From the IMG/VR virus record IMGVR_UViG_3300032116_015770: 64,000 bases of DNA. The stretch is one strand, 5' to 3'. Shown in pieces: positions 46,065 to 56,119 of the stretch. The notes below the pieces were generated by a model. It was not told the DNA's origin. It was given only the letters and a program-made list of their open reading frames with translations, and made no database searches. The stretch's first letter is position 1. Each line of letters starts with the position of its first letter. The DNA is from a virus. The position numbers were made by a program, and so were the translations under genes.

Positions 46065-47738
46065 ATGGCATTTCAGCTTTCACCAGGCGTGCTAGTTACA
46101 GAGAAGGACCTAACTTCGGTCGTTCCTTCCGTTGCTACTACAGCCGGCGGCTTTGCTGGCGCCTTCCAATGGGGACCTGCTGAGCAGGTTGTGACCGTAG
46201 ATTCTGAAAATATGCTTGTAGAGAGATTTGGTGTACCTGACGATAACACGTACGAGTCATTCTTTACTGCTGCAAACTTCCTATCATACGGTAACAATCT
46301 ACAAGTGGTTAGAGCAGTTCCTGCTGGCGCACGAAATGCAGTTGCTAATGCATCTGCTACAGCCGTATTAATTAAAAACGAAGATCAATATGTTGGATCA
46401 TATCAAGATGGTGCAGGAAATGTAGGAGAGTTCGCAGCTAAGTATCCTGGTACCCTAGGTAATGGAATTAAAATTTCCATGGCTGATGGAGACACATATA
46501 GCACCTGGGCATATAAAGATTTATTCGACGCAGCACCTAATGTATCACCTTACGCATCAAGCTTTGGTGCAACTCGTGATGAGATGCATATCATTGTTAT
46601 TGATGCTGATGGTAAGTGGACAGGTCAAAAAGATACTGTTCTAGAAAAATTCCCATTTGTTTCTAAAGCTAAAGACGCAAAAAGATCAGACGGTACATCT
46701 ATCTATTACAAGAACGTAATTAACGACCAGTCTAAGTATATTTGGTGGATGGATCATCCAGCTAATATGACTAACTGGAATACCGCAGCTGATGGTGGTA
46801 CAGTGTATGATGTTTTAGCTTCTAACGTTACTGTAACATTAAGTAACGGTACTACATCTACCACACCAGTAGATGCTAATATTATTTCAGCAATCAATCT
46901 ATTCAGCAACAGTGAAAAGTTTGACATCTCCTTATTCCCTGTAGGCCCTGCCTCTTCAGCAGTAGCAGCTGCTGCTATTGCAATGGCAGAAACTCGTAAA
47001 GATTGTATCGTGTTCTTATCACCTGAAAAGTCTGATGTAGTAAACAATATTGGAAGTGAAGCAACAGATTCAATTGCATTTAGAAATCTACTCTCATCTT
47101 CCTCGTATGCTTCTATAGACTCGGGTTGGAAGTATCAATACGATAGATATAACGATGTATATCGCTGGGTACCATTAAACGGAGATACAGCCGGTCTATG
47201 TGTAAGAACTGACTTTACTGCTGATCCATGGTTCTCACCAGGTGGGTTTAACAGAGGACAAGTTAAGAATGTTGTTAAGCTAGCTTTCTCCCCAAGTGCT
47301 ACTGAAAGAGATAGCTTATACAAAGCAGGAATAAACCCAATTGTTACTTTCCCAGGTCAGGGTACTGTCTTGTTTGGTGATAAGACAATGCTATCAAGAC
47401 CTTCAGCGTTTGATAGAATTAATGTACGTAGATTGTTTATCGTACTTGAAAAAGCTATCGCTGTGGCTGCTAAGTACCAACTGTTTGAATTCAACGATGC
47501 GTTCACAAGAGCACAGTTTAGAAATCTTGTTGAGCCATTCTTGAGAGATGTTCAGGGTCGTCGTGGTATTGTTGAGTTTAAGGTAGTATGCGATGACACA
47601 AATAACACTTCGGCAGTAATTGATAGAAATGAGTTTGTTGCTGACATCTTTGTCAAACCAGCTCGTTCAATCAACTTTATCCAGTTGAATTTTATTGCAA
47701 CTAGATCAGGTATTTCGTTCGAAGAAGTTGGAGCCTAA
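46065..47738 (+). CDS. gp18: tail sheath protein
   Basis: FQLSPGVLVTEKDLT, F.WGP, PWFSPGG..RG, GDKT, FDRINVRRLF, KPARSINFI.L.F. Confidence 0.97.
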   Translation: MAFQLSPGVLVTEKDLTSVVPSVATTAGGFAGAFQWGPAEQVVTVDSENMLVERFGVPDDNTYESFFTAANFLSYGNNLQVVRAVPAGARNAVANASATAVLIKNEDQYVGSYQDGAGNVGEFAAKYPGTLGNGIKISMADGDTYSTWAYKDLFDAAPNVSPYASSFGATRDEMHIIVIDADGKWTGQKDTVLEKFPFVSKAKDAKRSDGTSIYYKNVINDQSKYIWWMDHPANMTNWNTAADGGTVYDVLASNVTVTLSNGTTSTTPVDANIISAINLFSNSEKFDISLFPVGPASSAVAAAAIAMAETRKDCIVFLSPEKSDVVNNIGSEATDSIAFRNLLSSSSYASIDSGWKYQYDRYNDVYRWVPLNGDTAGLCVRTDFTADPWFSPGGFNRGQVKNVVKLAFSPSATERDSLYKAGINPIVTFPGQGTVLFGDKTMLSRPSAFDRINVRRLFIVLEKAIAVAAKYQLFEFNDAFTRAQFRNLVEPFLRDVQGRRGIVEFKVVCDDTNNTSAVIDRNEFVADIFVKPARSINFIQLNFIATRSGISFEEVGA

Positions 47739-47752
47739 TAGGGAGAGAATAA

Positions 47753-48325
47753 ATGACAACATTTAATATAGAGCGTTTTAAATCTGCTCTTACCAATGGT
47801 GGCGCTCGCCCTAATCAGTTTGCAGTTCAGTTATCATACCCTACGTATGTAACTAACCAAAGCTTAGCTGTAGCGCGTTCACCGTTCTTAGTTAGTGTAG
47901 CAGAATTACCAGGTCAGACTGTTAATCCTGCGGTAGTGCAGTATAGAGGTCGTGAAGTTAAGTTTGTAGGTGATCGTATCTACGCACCATGGACCATTAC
48001 AGTTCTAAACGATTCTGAAATGTCCATTAGAACAGCCATCGAGCAGTGGATGGGAGGTATGGAAGACTATGCGTCTAAGATTGGTCGTATGGAACCTTCT
48101 ACATACATGCGTGACTTCGATGTATTCCAACTAGATAGAAATGGAAACATTTTAAAGTCATACAAGCTTGTAAATGCATTCCCAATTGAATTATCTCCTG
48201 TTGGTCTAGACTTCGGTGCTAATGATCAGATCTCGTCCTTTACAGTGACTTGGACTTATCAGCACTTTACCACATCGAGCAATCCATTGGGTAGCATTAT
48301 TGATTTTGGTAGAATTTTTAGATAA
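47753..48325 (+). CDS. gp19: tail tube protein
   Basis: GGARPNQF.V, YRGR.VK..GDR...WTITV.ND, QLDRNG. Confidence 0.95.
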   Translation: MTTFNIERFKSALTNGGARPNQFAVQLSYPTYVTNQSLAVARSPFLVSVAELPGQTVNPAVVQYRGREVKFVGDRIYAPWTITVLNDSEMSIRTAIEQWMGGMEDYASKIGRMEPSTYMRDFDVFQLDRNGNILKSYKLVNAFPIELSPVGLDFGANDQISSFTVTWTYQHFTTSSNPLGSIIDFGRIFR

Positions 48326-48343
48326 TATTTTTTATATAATTTA

Positions 48344-49888
48344 ATGGCTATTACACTATTTGGCTTTACTATTGGTCGTGACAATAGGCAGCAGGAGTTA
48401 AAGAATCAATCTTATATAACTCCTGTTGCTGAAGATGGTGCTTCTACTGTATCTGCAGGGGGCTATTATGGCACGTATGTAGATATCGACGCATCTGCGA
48501 GATCCGAGTCTGAATTAATAACACGTTATAGAGATATAGCTAACTACCCTGATGTAGATACGGCGGTAGAAGAAATTGTTGCAGAGGCTATCGCCGCTGT
48601 TGACGACGAGCCGCCAGTATCTATTAATATAGATAATTTAGATTTAGATGAAAGTATTAAAGATACTATTAAAGAAGAGTTTGATGAAATACTAAGCTTA
48701 CTTGACTTCAATGATAAAGGTCATGATATTTTTAGAAGATGGTATATTGATGGAAGAGTATATTATCAAAAAGTAATCAATACAGCTCAACCTAAAAAAG
48801 GTATTCAAGAGTTAAGATATATTGACCCGCGTAAGATTAGAAAAGTACGTGAGGTACAAAAAGAAAAAACAAAAGACGGGGTAGAGTTAGTTAAGAAGAT
48901 CGATGAGTTCTTCGTCTACAACGAAAAAGGAATTAGTGTAACACCTGGTTATGCTCCATCTAACAACCAAGGTGCGGGTATTAGAATTTCTGTAGATGCT
49001 ATTGCATTCTGTCCTTCAGGTCTTTTAGATCTAGATAGGAATGTAGTCTTAGGTTATTTGAACAAAGCAATTAAACCTGTGAATCAGCTAAAGATGATGG
49101 CTGATTCTCTTGTCATTTATAGACTAGCAAGAGCTCCGGAAAGAAGAATATTTTATATCGATATCGGTAACCTTCCAAAGCAGAAGGCCGAGCAGTACAT
49201 GAAAGATATCATGAATCGATATAGAAACAAAATCGTCTATGATTCTACTACAGGTGAGATTAAAGACGATCGTAAGTTTATGACCATGTTAGAAGATTTT
49301 TGGCTTCCCCGAAGAGAGGGTGGTCGAGGTACCGAGATCACCACTTTACCGGGTGGTGAAAATCTCGGTCAGATACAAGACATTGAGTTCTTCCAAAATA
49401 AAGTTTATCAAGCATTGAATGTACCTGCTTCAAGATTTAAAGAAGGTAATGGTTTTAATTTCGGTCGTCAGGCTGAAATTAGTAGAGACGAATTAAAGTT
49501 CTCTAAATTTGTAAATCGTCTACGCAAAAAGTTTAATGAGTTGTTTGACGACTTACTTAAGACCCAATTACTTCTTAAAGGTGTTATTGTAGAAGAAGAT
49601 TGGCAGACGATAAAAGAAAAAATTCAATATCGTTATGCACAAGATCAGTATTATCAAGAAATGAAAGATGCTGAAAATCTTCGCAATAGAATGGACGTAT
49701 TAAATCAAATGACACCTTATGTTGGTACATATTATAGTATGCAGTATGTACGTAAAAAAGTTTTACGTTTAACTGATGAAGAGATTGATAATATTAAACA
49801 ACAAAATATGGAAGAACCTCCATCAGTTATGCCTGGTGCACCAGGTTCAGAACAAGCCGCCGCATTAAGCGGCGAAGTAAATCAGTAA
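48344..49888 (+). CDS. gp20: portal protein
   Basis: WYIDGR, IYRLARAPERRIFYID.GNLPK.KAEQY, EDFWLPRREGGRGTEITTLPGG. Confidence 0.97.
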   Translation: MAITLFGFTIGRDNRQQELKNQSYITPVAEDGASTVSAGGYYGTYVDIDASARSESELITRYRDIANYPDVDTAVEEIVAEAIAAVDDEPPVSINIDNLDLDESIKDTIKEEFDEILSLLDFNDKGHDIFRRWYIDGRVYYQKVINTAQPKKGIQELRYIDPRKIRKVREVQKEKTKDGVELVKKIDEFFVYNEKGISVTPGYAPSNNQGAGIRISVDAIAFCPSGLLDLDRNVVLGYLNKAIKPVNQLKMMADSLVIYRLARAPERRIFYIDIGNLPKQKAEQYMKDIMNRYRNKIVYDSTTGEIKDDRKFMTMLEDFWLPRREGGRGTEITTLPGGENLGQIQDIEFFQNKVYQALNVPASRFKEGNGFNFGRQAEISRDELKFSKFVNRLRKKFNELFDDLLKTQLLLKGVIVEEDWQTIKEKIQYRYAQDQYYQEMKDAENLRNRMDVLNQMTPYVGTYYSMQYVRKKVLRLTDEEIDNIKQQNMEEPPSVMPGAPGSEQAAALSGEVNQ

Positions 49889-49896
49889 TATAAATA
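49889..49896 (+). promoter_or_regulatory. late promoter (TATAAATA) for the core genes
   Basis: Immediately after the gp20 stop. Confidence 0.85.
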
Positions 49897-49921
49897 TTAT
49901 ATAATTTTTCAAGGAGTTATT

Positions 49922-50155
49922 GTGGAAAACGCAGACATTATTAACAAAATGATTGATGACATCCTTAACGGTGATAACGTTGAAGCAGAGCAAGGTGTTA
50001 ATGCCGTTCTTGCTAGTAAGATTTCAAGTGCATTAGATGACCGTAAGGTAGAAATTGCACAATCAATTTACGGAAAAAAAGACGATGAAGTTTCGCAGGA
50101 AGACTTACCTGAAGAAGAAATTGATGTTGAAGAAGATACGACAGAGGTCGAGTAA
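49922..50155 (+). CDS. gp67: prohead core protein (gp67-like)
   Basis: GTG start with AAGGAG SD; AL..RK.EIAQS and acidic tail; position after gp20. Confidence 0.65.
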   Translation: MENADIINKMIDDILNGDNVEAEQGVNAVLASKISSALDDRKVEIAQSIYGKKDDEVSQEDLPEEEIDVEEDTTEVE

Positions 50156-50163
50156 AGGCTAAC

Positions 50164-51849
50164 ATGGCAATTAATTTTCTAAACCTTAGAGCATCGCTGG
50201 AAGAAAAAACATTAACACCAGCAGAAAAGAAAAAGCGCGAAGAAGTAGCTAAGGCTATTGAGCGTGAAAATCCAAACATGCCTATGGGTATGAAAATGGC
50301 TATTGCTACAAAGACAGCCAAGCGTGTTGCAGAAGAGACAAAATATTATTCTTTAGTACATAAAGCTACTAATAAGGTTTTAAGTACCCATAAAGATCTA
50401 GAATCCGCTAAAGACGAACACCGAGGTATGGATCAAGGTGAGCGAGCTCACTATCGTATTGCCACGTCAACTAAAGAACCAAAGACATGGAATATGAAAG
50501 AAGAGTTAGATGAATTAAATCAAATGACTCTCCAGCGTTATGCATCTAAAGCTTATAGAGTTGGTATGCAAGGTGGTCCTAAATCAGCTAAGCATTTAGC
50601 TGGTGCACAAAGAGCAAAAGAAAAATTAAAGTATGGTGATTATAGCGAAGAAGTTGAACAAGTTGACGAGTTAAAACAGTCTACTGTTAAAAGTTATATG
50701 AACAAATCTATTTCAGACTTTGGTCATCAAAACTTTATGAGCCGTGTTGGTAAAGGCTCCGATAAAGAAACTGCTACCAGAAAAGCCAAGAATAGATCCC
50801 TAGGTATCGAACGAGCAAATAAAAAAGTTGTCGGCGAAGATTTAGAACAAGTCGATGAAGTCTCTAAGAAGACAGCCTTAAGTTATATTCAAAAGAAAGT
50901 ATCTCAGATTGCAAAACGGCCTGGTGAAGCTATGTTATATACCACCAAGATGACCGGTAAAGATTATTCGAATTTAAAAAAAGCATATAAGCGTGCTGGA
51001 GTTAAAGAAGAATTTGAAATTTCTGAAGCTTATACTGAAGACGATATTGCCAATGGTGGTACAGTCATATACAAGCACCAAGGCAAACATTATATGAGCA
51101 AAGTTTCTCATAAAACAGGTGGTGGTGCCGGCACCAAAATTCATACTACATCATCCTTAGGTCATGTAGTACCTTTACATAACGTAGTTTCCACAGACGC
51201 TTCAGATTGGAACACTTATAAAAACAGACCTGTTAAAGAAGAATTTGAACTTGACGAAGCCAGTCAGTTTCCATCTAAAGAGCATGCTATTAAATATGCT
51301 AAAGAAAAAGTAAAGACACATAAGGACTCCGACGATGGCATTGAAGTATATTCTATGCCTAGTGGTGGAGCTAGAGTAGTACATACTATGAATAGTCAAG
51401 GCCGTCAACAGGTATTAAAAGGTGGCGGTAAAAAAGTAACTACAGTTACACGCGAACAAGTTGAGTTAGATGAAGCTGGACCTTTTTCTTATGGTATGAA
51501 GCCTCCTAGAAAAGGTACCATAGCTTATAATGCTATGATGAAGCGTAAAGAGCAAGAAAAAGGTAAACAACCTATTGAACCAAAAGATCAAATGGTTGGT
51601 ATAGCTAAAAAATTAACTAAAGAAGAAGACACTCACTATTGTGCCAAGCATGTATACTCAGAGCTGTTTGGTGAAGGTCAAGTTGTTGAAGGTGATCATG
51701 CTGAGCCAAATGAAGACGGTCACGTAGAGTGGTACAACGTACAATTCGAACATGGTATTGAAAAAGTATTTACTGAAGATATCGAAATTATGATGGCAGA
51801 ATATCATGCTAATCATAAACGCAAAAAGAGAATGACAAATGGCAGATAA
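50164..51849 (+). CDS. prohead core/internal polyprotein (gp68 position) with repeated EExExxDE linkers
   Basis: About nine basic modules separated by EELDE, EEVEQVDE, EDLEQVDE, EEFEISE, EEFELDE, EQVELDE. Confidence 0.65.
   Translation: MAINFLNLRASLEEKTLTPAEKKKREEVAKAIERENPNMPMGMKMAIATKTAKRVAEETKYYSLVHKATNKVLSTHKDLESAKDEHRGMDQGERAHYRIATSTKEPKTWNMKEELDELNQMTLQRYASKAYRVGMQGGPKSAKHLAGAQRAKEKLKYGDYSEEVEQVDELKQSTVKSYMNKSISDFGHQNFMSRVGKGSDKETATRKAKNRSLGIERANKKVVGEDLEQVDEVSKKTALSYIQKKVSQIAKRPGEAMLYTTKMTGKDYSNLKKAYKRAGVKEEFEISEAYTEDDIANGGTVIYKHQGKHYMSKVSHKTGGGAGTKIHTTSSLGHVVPLHNVVSTDASDWNTYKNRPVKEEFELDEASQFPSKEHAIKYAKEKVKTHKDSDDGIEVYSMPSGGARVVHTMNSQGRQQVLKGGGKKVTTVTREQVELDEAGPFSYGMKPPRKGTIAYNAMMKRKEQEKGKQPIEPKDQMVGIAKKLTKEEDTHYCAKHVYSELFGEGQVVEGDHAEPNEDGHVEWYNVQFEHGIEKVFTEDIEIMMAEYHANHKRKKRMTNGR
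51001..51249 (+). repeat. 18-bp direct repeat GTTAAAGAAGAATTTGAA flanking one polyprotein module
   Basis: Copies at 51001-51018 and 51232-51249; GAGTTAGATGAA also occurs at 50503-50514 and 51463-51474. Confidence 0.8.
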
Positions 51850-52231
51850 ACATATTTTAAAAAATACTCGCAGACAAGCTGCGGTAAAAGTATCTGGCAC
51901 CGGTAGTGCAACTATCAGTGTCCAAGAACTAGCGTATGGTGATCAAACTATCACTACAGCTAATCTTCAGTTAATGCTAACCGATGCGTCTTTTATGACA
52001 TTAGCTAACGGTAATGTTACACGCAACGGTAACTTAATTTTAGTTATGCCAGCCGGTTCTGCTGATACTCTCACATTTACAAATGACCTAGGGGTTCATC
52101 TTAACGAACAAGCAAATGCTAACGTTGTAGTTAACCTAGGTGCGTCTGAAGGTGTCGTTATTCTTCAATTCTCTAAGGGTGATGGATACAACGATCCTAA
52201 CAGACAAAATCAAGGACCAGGCTCACTATGA
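51839..52231 (+). CDS. hypothetical head-region protein
   Basis: 130-aa ORF overlapping both neighbours; ILKNT...A.VKV and QFSK.DGY. Confidence 0.7.
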   Translation: MADKHILKNTRRQAAVKVSGTGSATISVQELAYGDQTITTANLQLMLTDASFMTLANGNVTRNGNLILVMPAGSADTLTFTNDLGVHLNEQANANVVVNLGASEGVVILQFSKGDGYNDPNRQNQGPGSL

Positions 52232-52875
52232 AACTAATTACTGAAACAGTTCAGGACGTTAAGTTCCTTACCGAAGCTAGAGAAGACGGTAGAAAGAATT
52301 TTTACATCGAAGGTATCTTCGGTCAGTCCGATAAAGAAAATAAAAACGGTAGAATCTATGGCTCTAACTTAATGGAGCGTGAGGTCGGTAAGTATCAAGA
52401 CCTTATTAACGAAAGACGTTCATTAGGTGAATTAGGTCATCCTCCTAATCCTTCCGTTAATTTAGATAAAGTATCACATTTAATTACCAAGTTAGAAATG
52501 AATGGTAAAGATGTGTATGGTAAGGCAAAAATTTTAGAAACTCCTATGGGTAATATTGCTCGTAATCTAATTGAGAACGAGGTTCGTTTAGGAGTATCTA
52601 CGCGTGGTCTGGGTTCATTAAAAGCTAATAAACAAGGCGTTAATGAAGTACAAGACGATTTTCATTTAGTTACAGTGGATATCGTTGCTGATCCTTCTGC
52701 ACCAGATGCTTTTGTACAAGGCATTATGGAGTCTGCAGAGTGGATTTTAGAAAACGGAGTTTGGAAAGCTGTACAAGTTGAACAAGCTCAGAAGGCGATT
52801 AAAAAGGCTTCAAAAACCGAATTAGCAGATACAAAATTGCGTGTTTTTGAATCATTTTTAAGAACTATCAAGTAA
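52228..52875 (+). CDS. gp21: prohead protease
   Basis: MKLITE, N.NGRIY, LGELGHP, ILETPMG, LGVSTRGLGSL, DIVADPSAPDAFV. Confidence 0.97.
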   Translation: MKLITETVQDVKFLTEAREDGRKNFYIEGIFGQSDKENKNGRIYGSNLMEREVGKYQDLINERRSLGELGHPPNPSVNLDKVSHLITKLEMNGKDVYGKAKILETPMGNIARNLIENEVRLGVSTRGLGSLKANKQGVNEVQDDFHLVTVDIVADPSAPDAFVQGIMESAEWILENGVWKAVQVEQAQKAIKKASKTELADTKLRVFESFLRTIK

Positions 52876-52883
52876 CTAATCTT

Positions 52884-52891
52884 TATAAATA
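52884..52891 (+). promoter_or_regulatory. late promoter (TATAAATA) for gp22
   Basis: Perfect consensus. Confidence 0.85.
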
Positions 52892-52924
52892 TTAATTGTT
52901 AAAACAAACTCTTAGGAGATCAGG

Positions 52925-54028
52925 ATGTCAGTCGAAGCTAAAATTAAAGAATTGCTATCTCGTGCAAACGAGCAGAAGCAATTGACTGAAGAGTCTGCAG
53001 AAAACCTAAATGCAGCTGGCTATGGTGATGCCGGCAGCAAAGCAGCTAGTAGCGCGAAGAAAGACACTTCTAAAGCTGGTCAGGCTGCCATTGCTGGTGA
53101 TACCACTCAACCTAAGCAAGGTTCATCTGAAGATCCTTCCATGGAAAAACTAGACGATTTAGAGCCAGGTAAAACTGCTTCTTCTAAAATGTCTAAAGAG
53201 CCAAACACTCTTAACACAAAGGGTGATGCTAAGTCTGTAAAGACTCAAGCAATGGAAGAAGAAGAACATGACGAAGAAGTTATCGTTGAAGAAGAGGAAG
53301 AAGCACTAGATGTTAGTGCTGAACTAAACTCTATCTTCGGTGAAGAACTATCAGAAGAATTTAAATCAAAAGCTACTTCTATTTTCGAAGCAGCAGTTAT
53401 TGCAAGAGTTAATTCCGAAATGGATAAAGTAGTTGCAAAGCTAGAAGAGCAAGCAGCTGCTGAATTAGCAACATTTAAAGAGACAATCGTTGAGAAGGTT
53501 GACGGTTATCTTAATTATGTTGTTGAGCAATGGATGGAAGAAAACCAAGTTGCTATTGACTCTGGTTTAAGAACAGAGATTGCTGAAGACTTTATTTCTG
53601 GTCTTAAGAACTTATTTGTTGAACATTACATCGAAGTACCTGAAGAGAAGTATGATGTGATGGATGAACTTCAGACTAAGACTGAAGAACTAGAAAGCAA
53701 GTTAAATGAATCTATTGATGCAAATATTGAGCTCGCAAAAGAATTAGAAGAACTAAAAGCTTCTAAGATTTTTGAAGAGCAAACCAAAGGTTTAGCCGAC
53801 ACTGAAGTTGCAAAACTTAAGAAGTTAGTGGAAGGTATTGACTTTGGTTCAGAAGATCTCTACCGTGAGAAAATTTCAGTTATTAAAGAAAATTATTTCC
53901 CTAAAGCTGCAAAGAATTCTCCAGAGAAAATGCTCGTTGAAGAAAGTGGTACAACACCTACTTTCAACAGTAACGATCCAATGGCTAAGTACGTTCAGAG
54001 CTTATCAAGAACCGTCAAGTCACGTTAA
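52925..54028 (+). CDS. gp22: prohead scaffold protein
   Basis: LSEEFK.KA..IFEAAV, VDGYLNYVVEQWMEEN..AI..GLR.EIAE.F..GLK.LF.EHYI.VP, IKENYF. Confidence 0.95.
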   Translation: MSVEAKIKELLSRANEQKQLTEESAENLNAAGYGDAGSKAASSAKKDTSKAGQAAIAGDTTQPKQGSSEDPSMEKLDDLEPGKTASSKMSKEPNTLNTKGDAKSVKTQAMEEEEHDEEVIVEEEEEALDVSAELNSIFGEELSEEFKSKATSIFEAAVIARVNSEMDKVVAKLEEQAAAELATFKETIVEKVDGYLNYVVEQWMEENQVAIDSGLRTEIAEDFISGLKNLFVEHYIEVPEEKYDVMDELQTKTEELESKLNESIDANIELAKELEELKASKIFEEQTKGLADTEVAKLKKLVEGIDFGSEDLYREKISVIKENYFPKAAKNSPEKMLVEESGTTPTFNSNDPMAKYVQSLSRTVKSR

Positions 54029-54030
54029 TT

Positions 54031-54038
54031 TATAAATA
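54031..54038 (+). promoter_or_regulatory. late promoter (TATAAATA) for gp23
   Basis: Perfect consensus upstream of the AGGAG SD. Confidence 0.88.
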
Positions 54039-54067
54039 ATAAAACATTTCCATAAAAGGAGAAGGTA

Positions 54068-55399
54068 ATGTACCTATCAGAACAACTTCAGGAAAAGTGG
54101 GGCAAGATCCTAAACCACGAAGATCTTCCTGAAATTAAAGATCAATATAAGAAGTCGGTTACCGCCGTTCTTCTTGAAAACCAAGAGAAAGCTCTTCGTG
54201 AAGAGCGTGCAATGTTGCAAGAAGCAGCACCTGCAAACAACATTTCTGACACAGCTGGTATCGACAAGTATGACCCAATTCTTATTGGTCTAGTTCGTCG
54301 TGCAATGCCTAACTTAATGGCATATGACATTTGCGGTGTTCAGCCAATGACTGGTCCTACAGGTCTAATTTTTGCAATGCGTTCCGTATACGGTAACGTT
54401 CGTACAGATTCAGGTCTAACTGAAGCTCTATACAACGAAGCTGATACCGACTTCTCGTCTTCAGGTTACGATACAGCATACGCTGGTACAGCTAAGAACG
54501 GTTCACACACTGGTTCAAACCCAGTTGATGGTTCTTACACAACTGGTGGTGGTATGACCACAGCTGAAGCAGAAGCTTTAGGTGATGCTTCTACTAACAA
54601 CTTCGGTTCAATGGCATTTGCTATTGACAAGACAACTGTTACAGCTCGTTCACGTGCTCTAAAAGCTGAGTACACTCTAGAATTAGCACAAGACTTAAAA
54701 GCAGTTCATGGTCTTGACGCTGAGTCAGAGTTATCAAACATTCTTTCACAAGAAATTATGTTTGAAATCAACCGTGAAGTAGTTCGTACAATCTACAAAG
54801 TTGCTAAGCCAGGTTCACCTGCTACAGCAACAGCTGGTACCTTTAACCTAGATGTTGACTCAAATGGCCGTTGGTCTGTTGAGCGCTTCAAGGGTCTCTT
54901 ATTCAACATCGAGCGTGATGCTAATCACATCGGTCAAGACACCCGTAGAGGGAAAGGTAACTTCATCGTATGTTCAGCTGACGTAGCTTCTGCATTGTCA
55001 ATGGCTGGCGTACTTGACTACGCACCTGCTCTATCAACTAACTTAAACGTTGATGACACAGGTAACACTTTTGCTGGTATCCTAAACGGTCGTTATCGTG
55101 TCTACATCGACCCATATTCAGCTAACCTAGGTGCTGCATCGCAGTTCTACGTTGTTGGTTATAAGGGTACTTCACCATATGACGCAGGTATGTTCTACTG
55201 CCCATATGTTCCTCTACAGATGGTTCGTGCAGTTGATCCTAGCAGCTTCCAGCCAAAGATTGGCTTCAAGACTCGTTACGGTATGATTGCTAACCCATAT
55301 GTAACAACTAACGCTAATAGTGCAGTTGCAGATACAGATACATTTACTGCAAACCGTAACCAGTACTATCGTCGTACTAAGGTTGTAAACTTAATGTAA
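54068..55399 (+). CDS. gp23: major capsid protein
   Basis: LVRRAMPNL.AYDICGVQPMTGPTGLIFAMR, ELAQDLKAVHGLDAE.EL, YCPYVPLQM, FQPKIGFKTRYG. Confidence 0.98.
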   Translation: MYLSEQLQEKWGKILNHEDLPEIKDQYKKSVTAVLLENQEKALREERAMLQEAAPANNISDTAGIDKYDPILIGLVRRAMPNLMAYDICGVQPMTGPTGLIFAMRSVYGNVRTDSGLTEALYNEADTDFSSSGYDTAYAGTAKNGSHTGSNPVDGSYTTGGGMTTAEAEALGDASTNNFGSMAFAIDKTTVTARSRALKAEYTLELAQDLKAVHGLDAESELSNILSQEIMFEINREVVRTIYKVAKPGSPATATAGTFNLDVDSNGRWSVERFKGLLFNIERDANHIGQDTRRGKGNFIVCSADVASALSMAGVLDYAPALSTNLNVDDTGNTFAGILNGRYRVYIDPYSANLGAASQFYVVGYKGTSPYDAGMFYCPYVPLQMVRAVDPSSFQPKIGFKTRYGMIANPYVTTNANSAVADTDTFTANRNQYYRRTKVVNLM

Positions 55400-55443
55400 T
55401 CTAGCTCTGCGGGGCTAGAAAGTAACCGACATAGATCGGGTTT

Positions 55444-55470
55444 AAGAGGGCCTTCGGGCCCTCTTTTTTT
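55444..55470 (+). terminator. rho-independent terminator after gp23
   Basis: AAGAGGGCC-TTCG-GGCCCTCTT followed by a T run; cUUCGg tetraloop. Confidence 0.92.
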
Positions 55471-55473
55471 ATG

Positions 55474-55481
55474 GATAAATA
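55474..55481 (+). promoter_or_regulatory. late promoter (GATAAATA) for gp3
   Basis: Directly after the terminator. Confidence 0.7.
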
Positions 55482-55513
55482 TATAAAAGTACTAAAAAGG
55501 ATGGATTTTTTTC

Positions 55514-56101
55514 ATGTTTACTACTAATATAGCAGAGTTAAAAGAGTCTATTAGTTCCGGTCCTCCGGTAGTATATAATTACTTACGTCCTAATGCGTTT
55601 AGATTCGTAATTAAGGATTTACCCAGAGTGGCTTACACTTGTCAATCGGCTAATTTACCGCAACTGGCATTAGGTTCAGCAATTCAACCTACACCTTTTG
55701 TAGACGTTCCTGTTTTTGGTGATAAGTTAGGTTACGGTGATTTTGCTATTAGGTTCCTAATTGCAGAAGATATGTCAAATTATCTGGAATTATTGGAATG
55801 GATGATTGCACTTGGCTTCCCTAACAACTATAATGATTATAGTGCATTTGTAGGTGAAAGGCTAAACCGTTTTCCATTTGTTTCAGCAGATGGTACTAGA
55901 TCAACTGGAGGTATAGCTTATTCTGATGCAACGTTAACTATCTTAGATAGTAATAATATACCAAAAACAGAAATATTATTTAAGGACACATTCCCAGTTT
56001 CAGTTGAAGCATTAGATTTTGATATAACGTCGAGTAGTGTAGAATATTTTGTAGGAATCGCTTCATTTAAATATACGACATTTGAAGTGAAAACACTTTA
56101 A
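55514..56101 (+). CDS. gp3: tail tube terminator / tail completion protein
   Basis: NYLRPN.FRF, Q.ANLP, GDKL.Y, EDMSNY.E...W, SDATLTIL.S, F.D.FPVS. Confidence 0.9.
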   Translation: MFTTNIAELKESISSGPPVVYNYLRPNAFRFVIKDLPRVAYTCQSANLPQLALGSAIQPTPFVDVPVFGDKLGYGDFAIRFLIAEDMSNYLELLEWMIALGFPNNYNDYSAFVGERLNRFPFVSADGTRSTGGIAYSDATLTILDSNNIPKTEILFKDTFPVSVEALDFDITSSSVEYFVGIASFKYTTFEVKTL

Positions 56102-56119
56102 TTTTTTATTGGAGTTATT

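Noticed and set aside
44328-55399. Introns or inteins in terminase, portal or capsid genes
   Set aside because: The ORFs are continuous and of normal length, with no intein motifs
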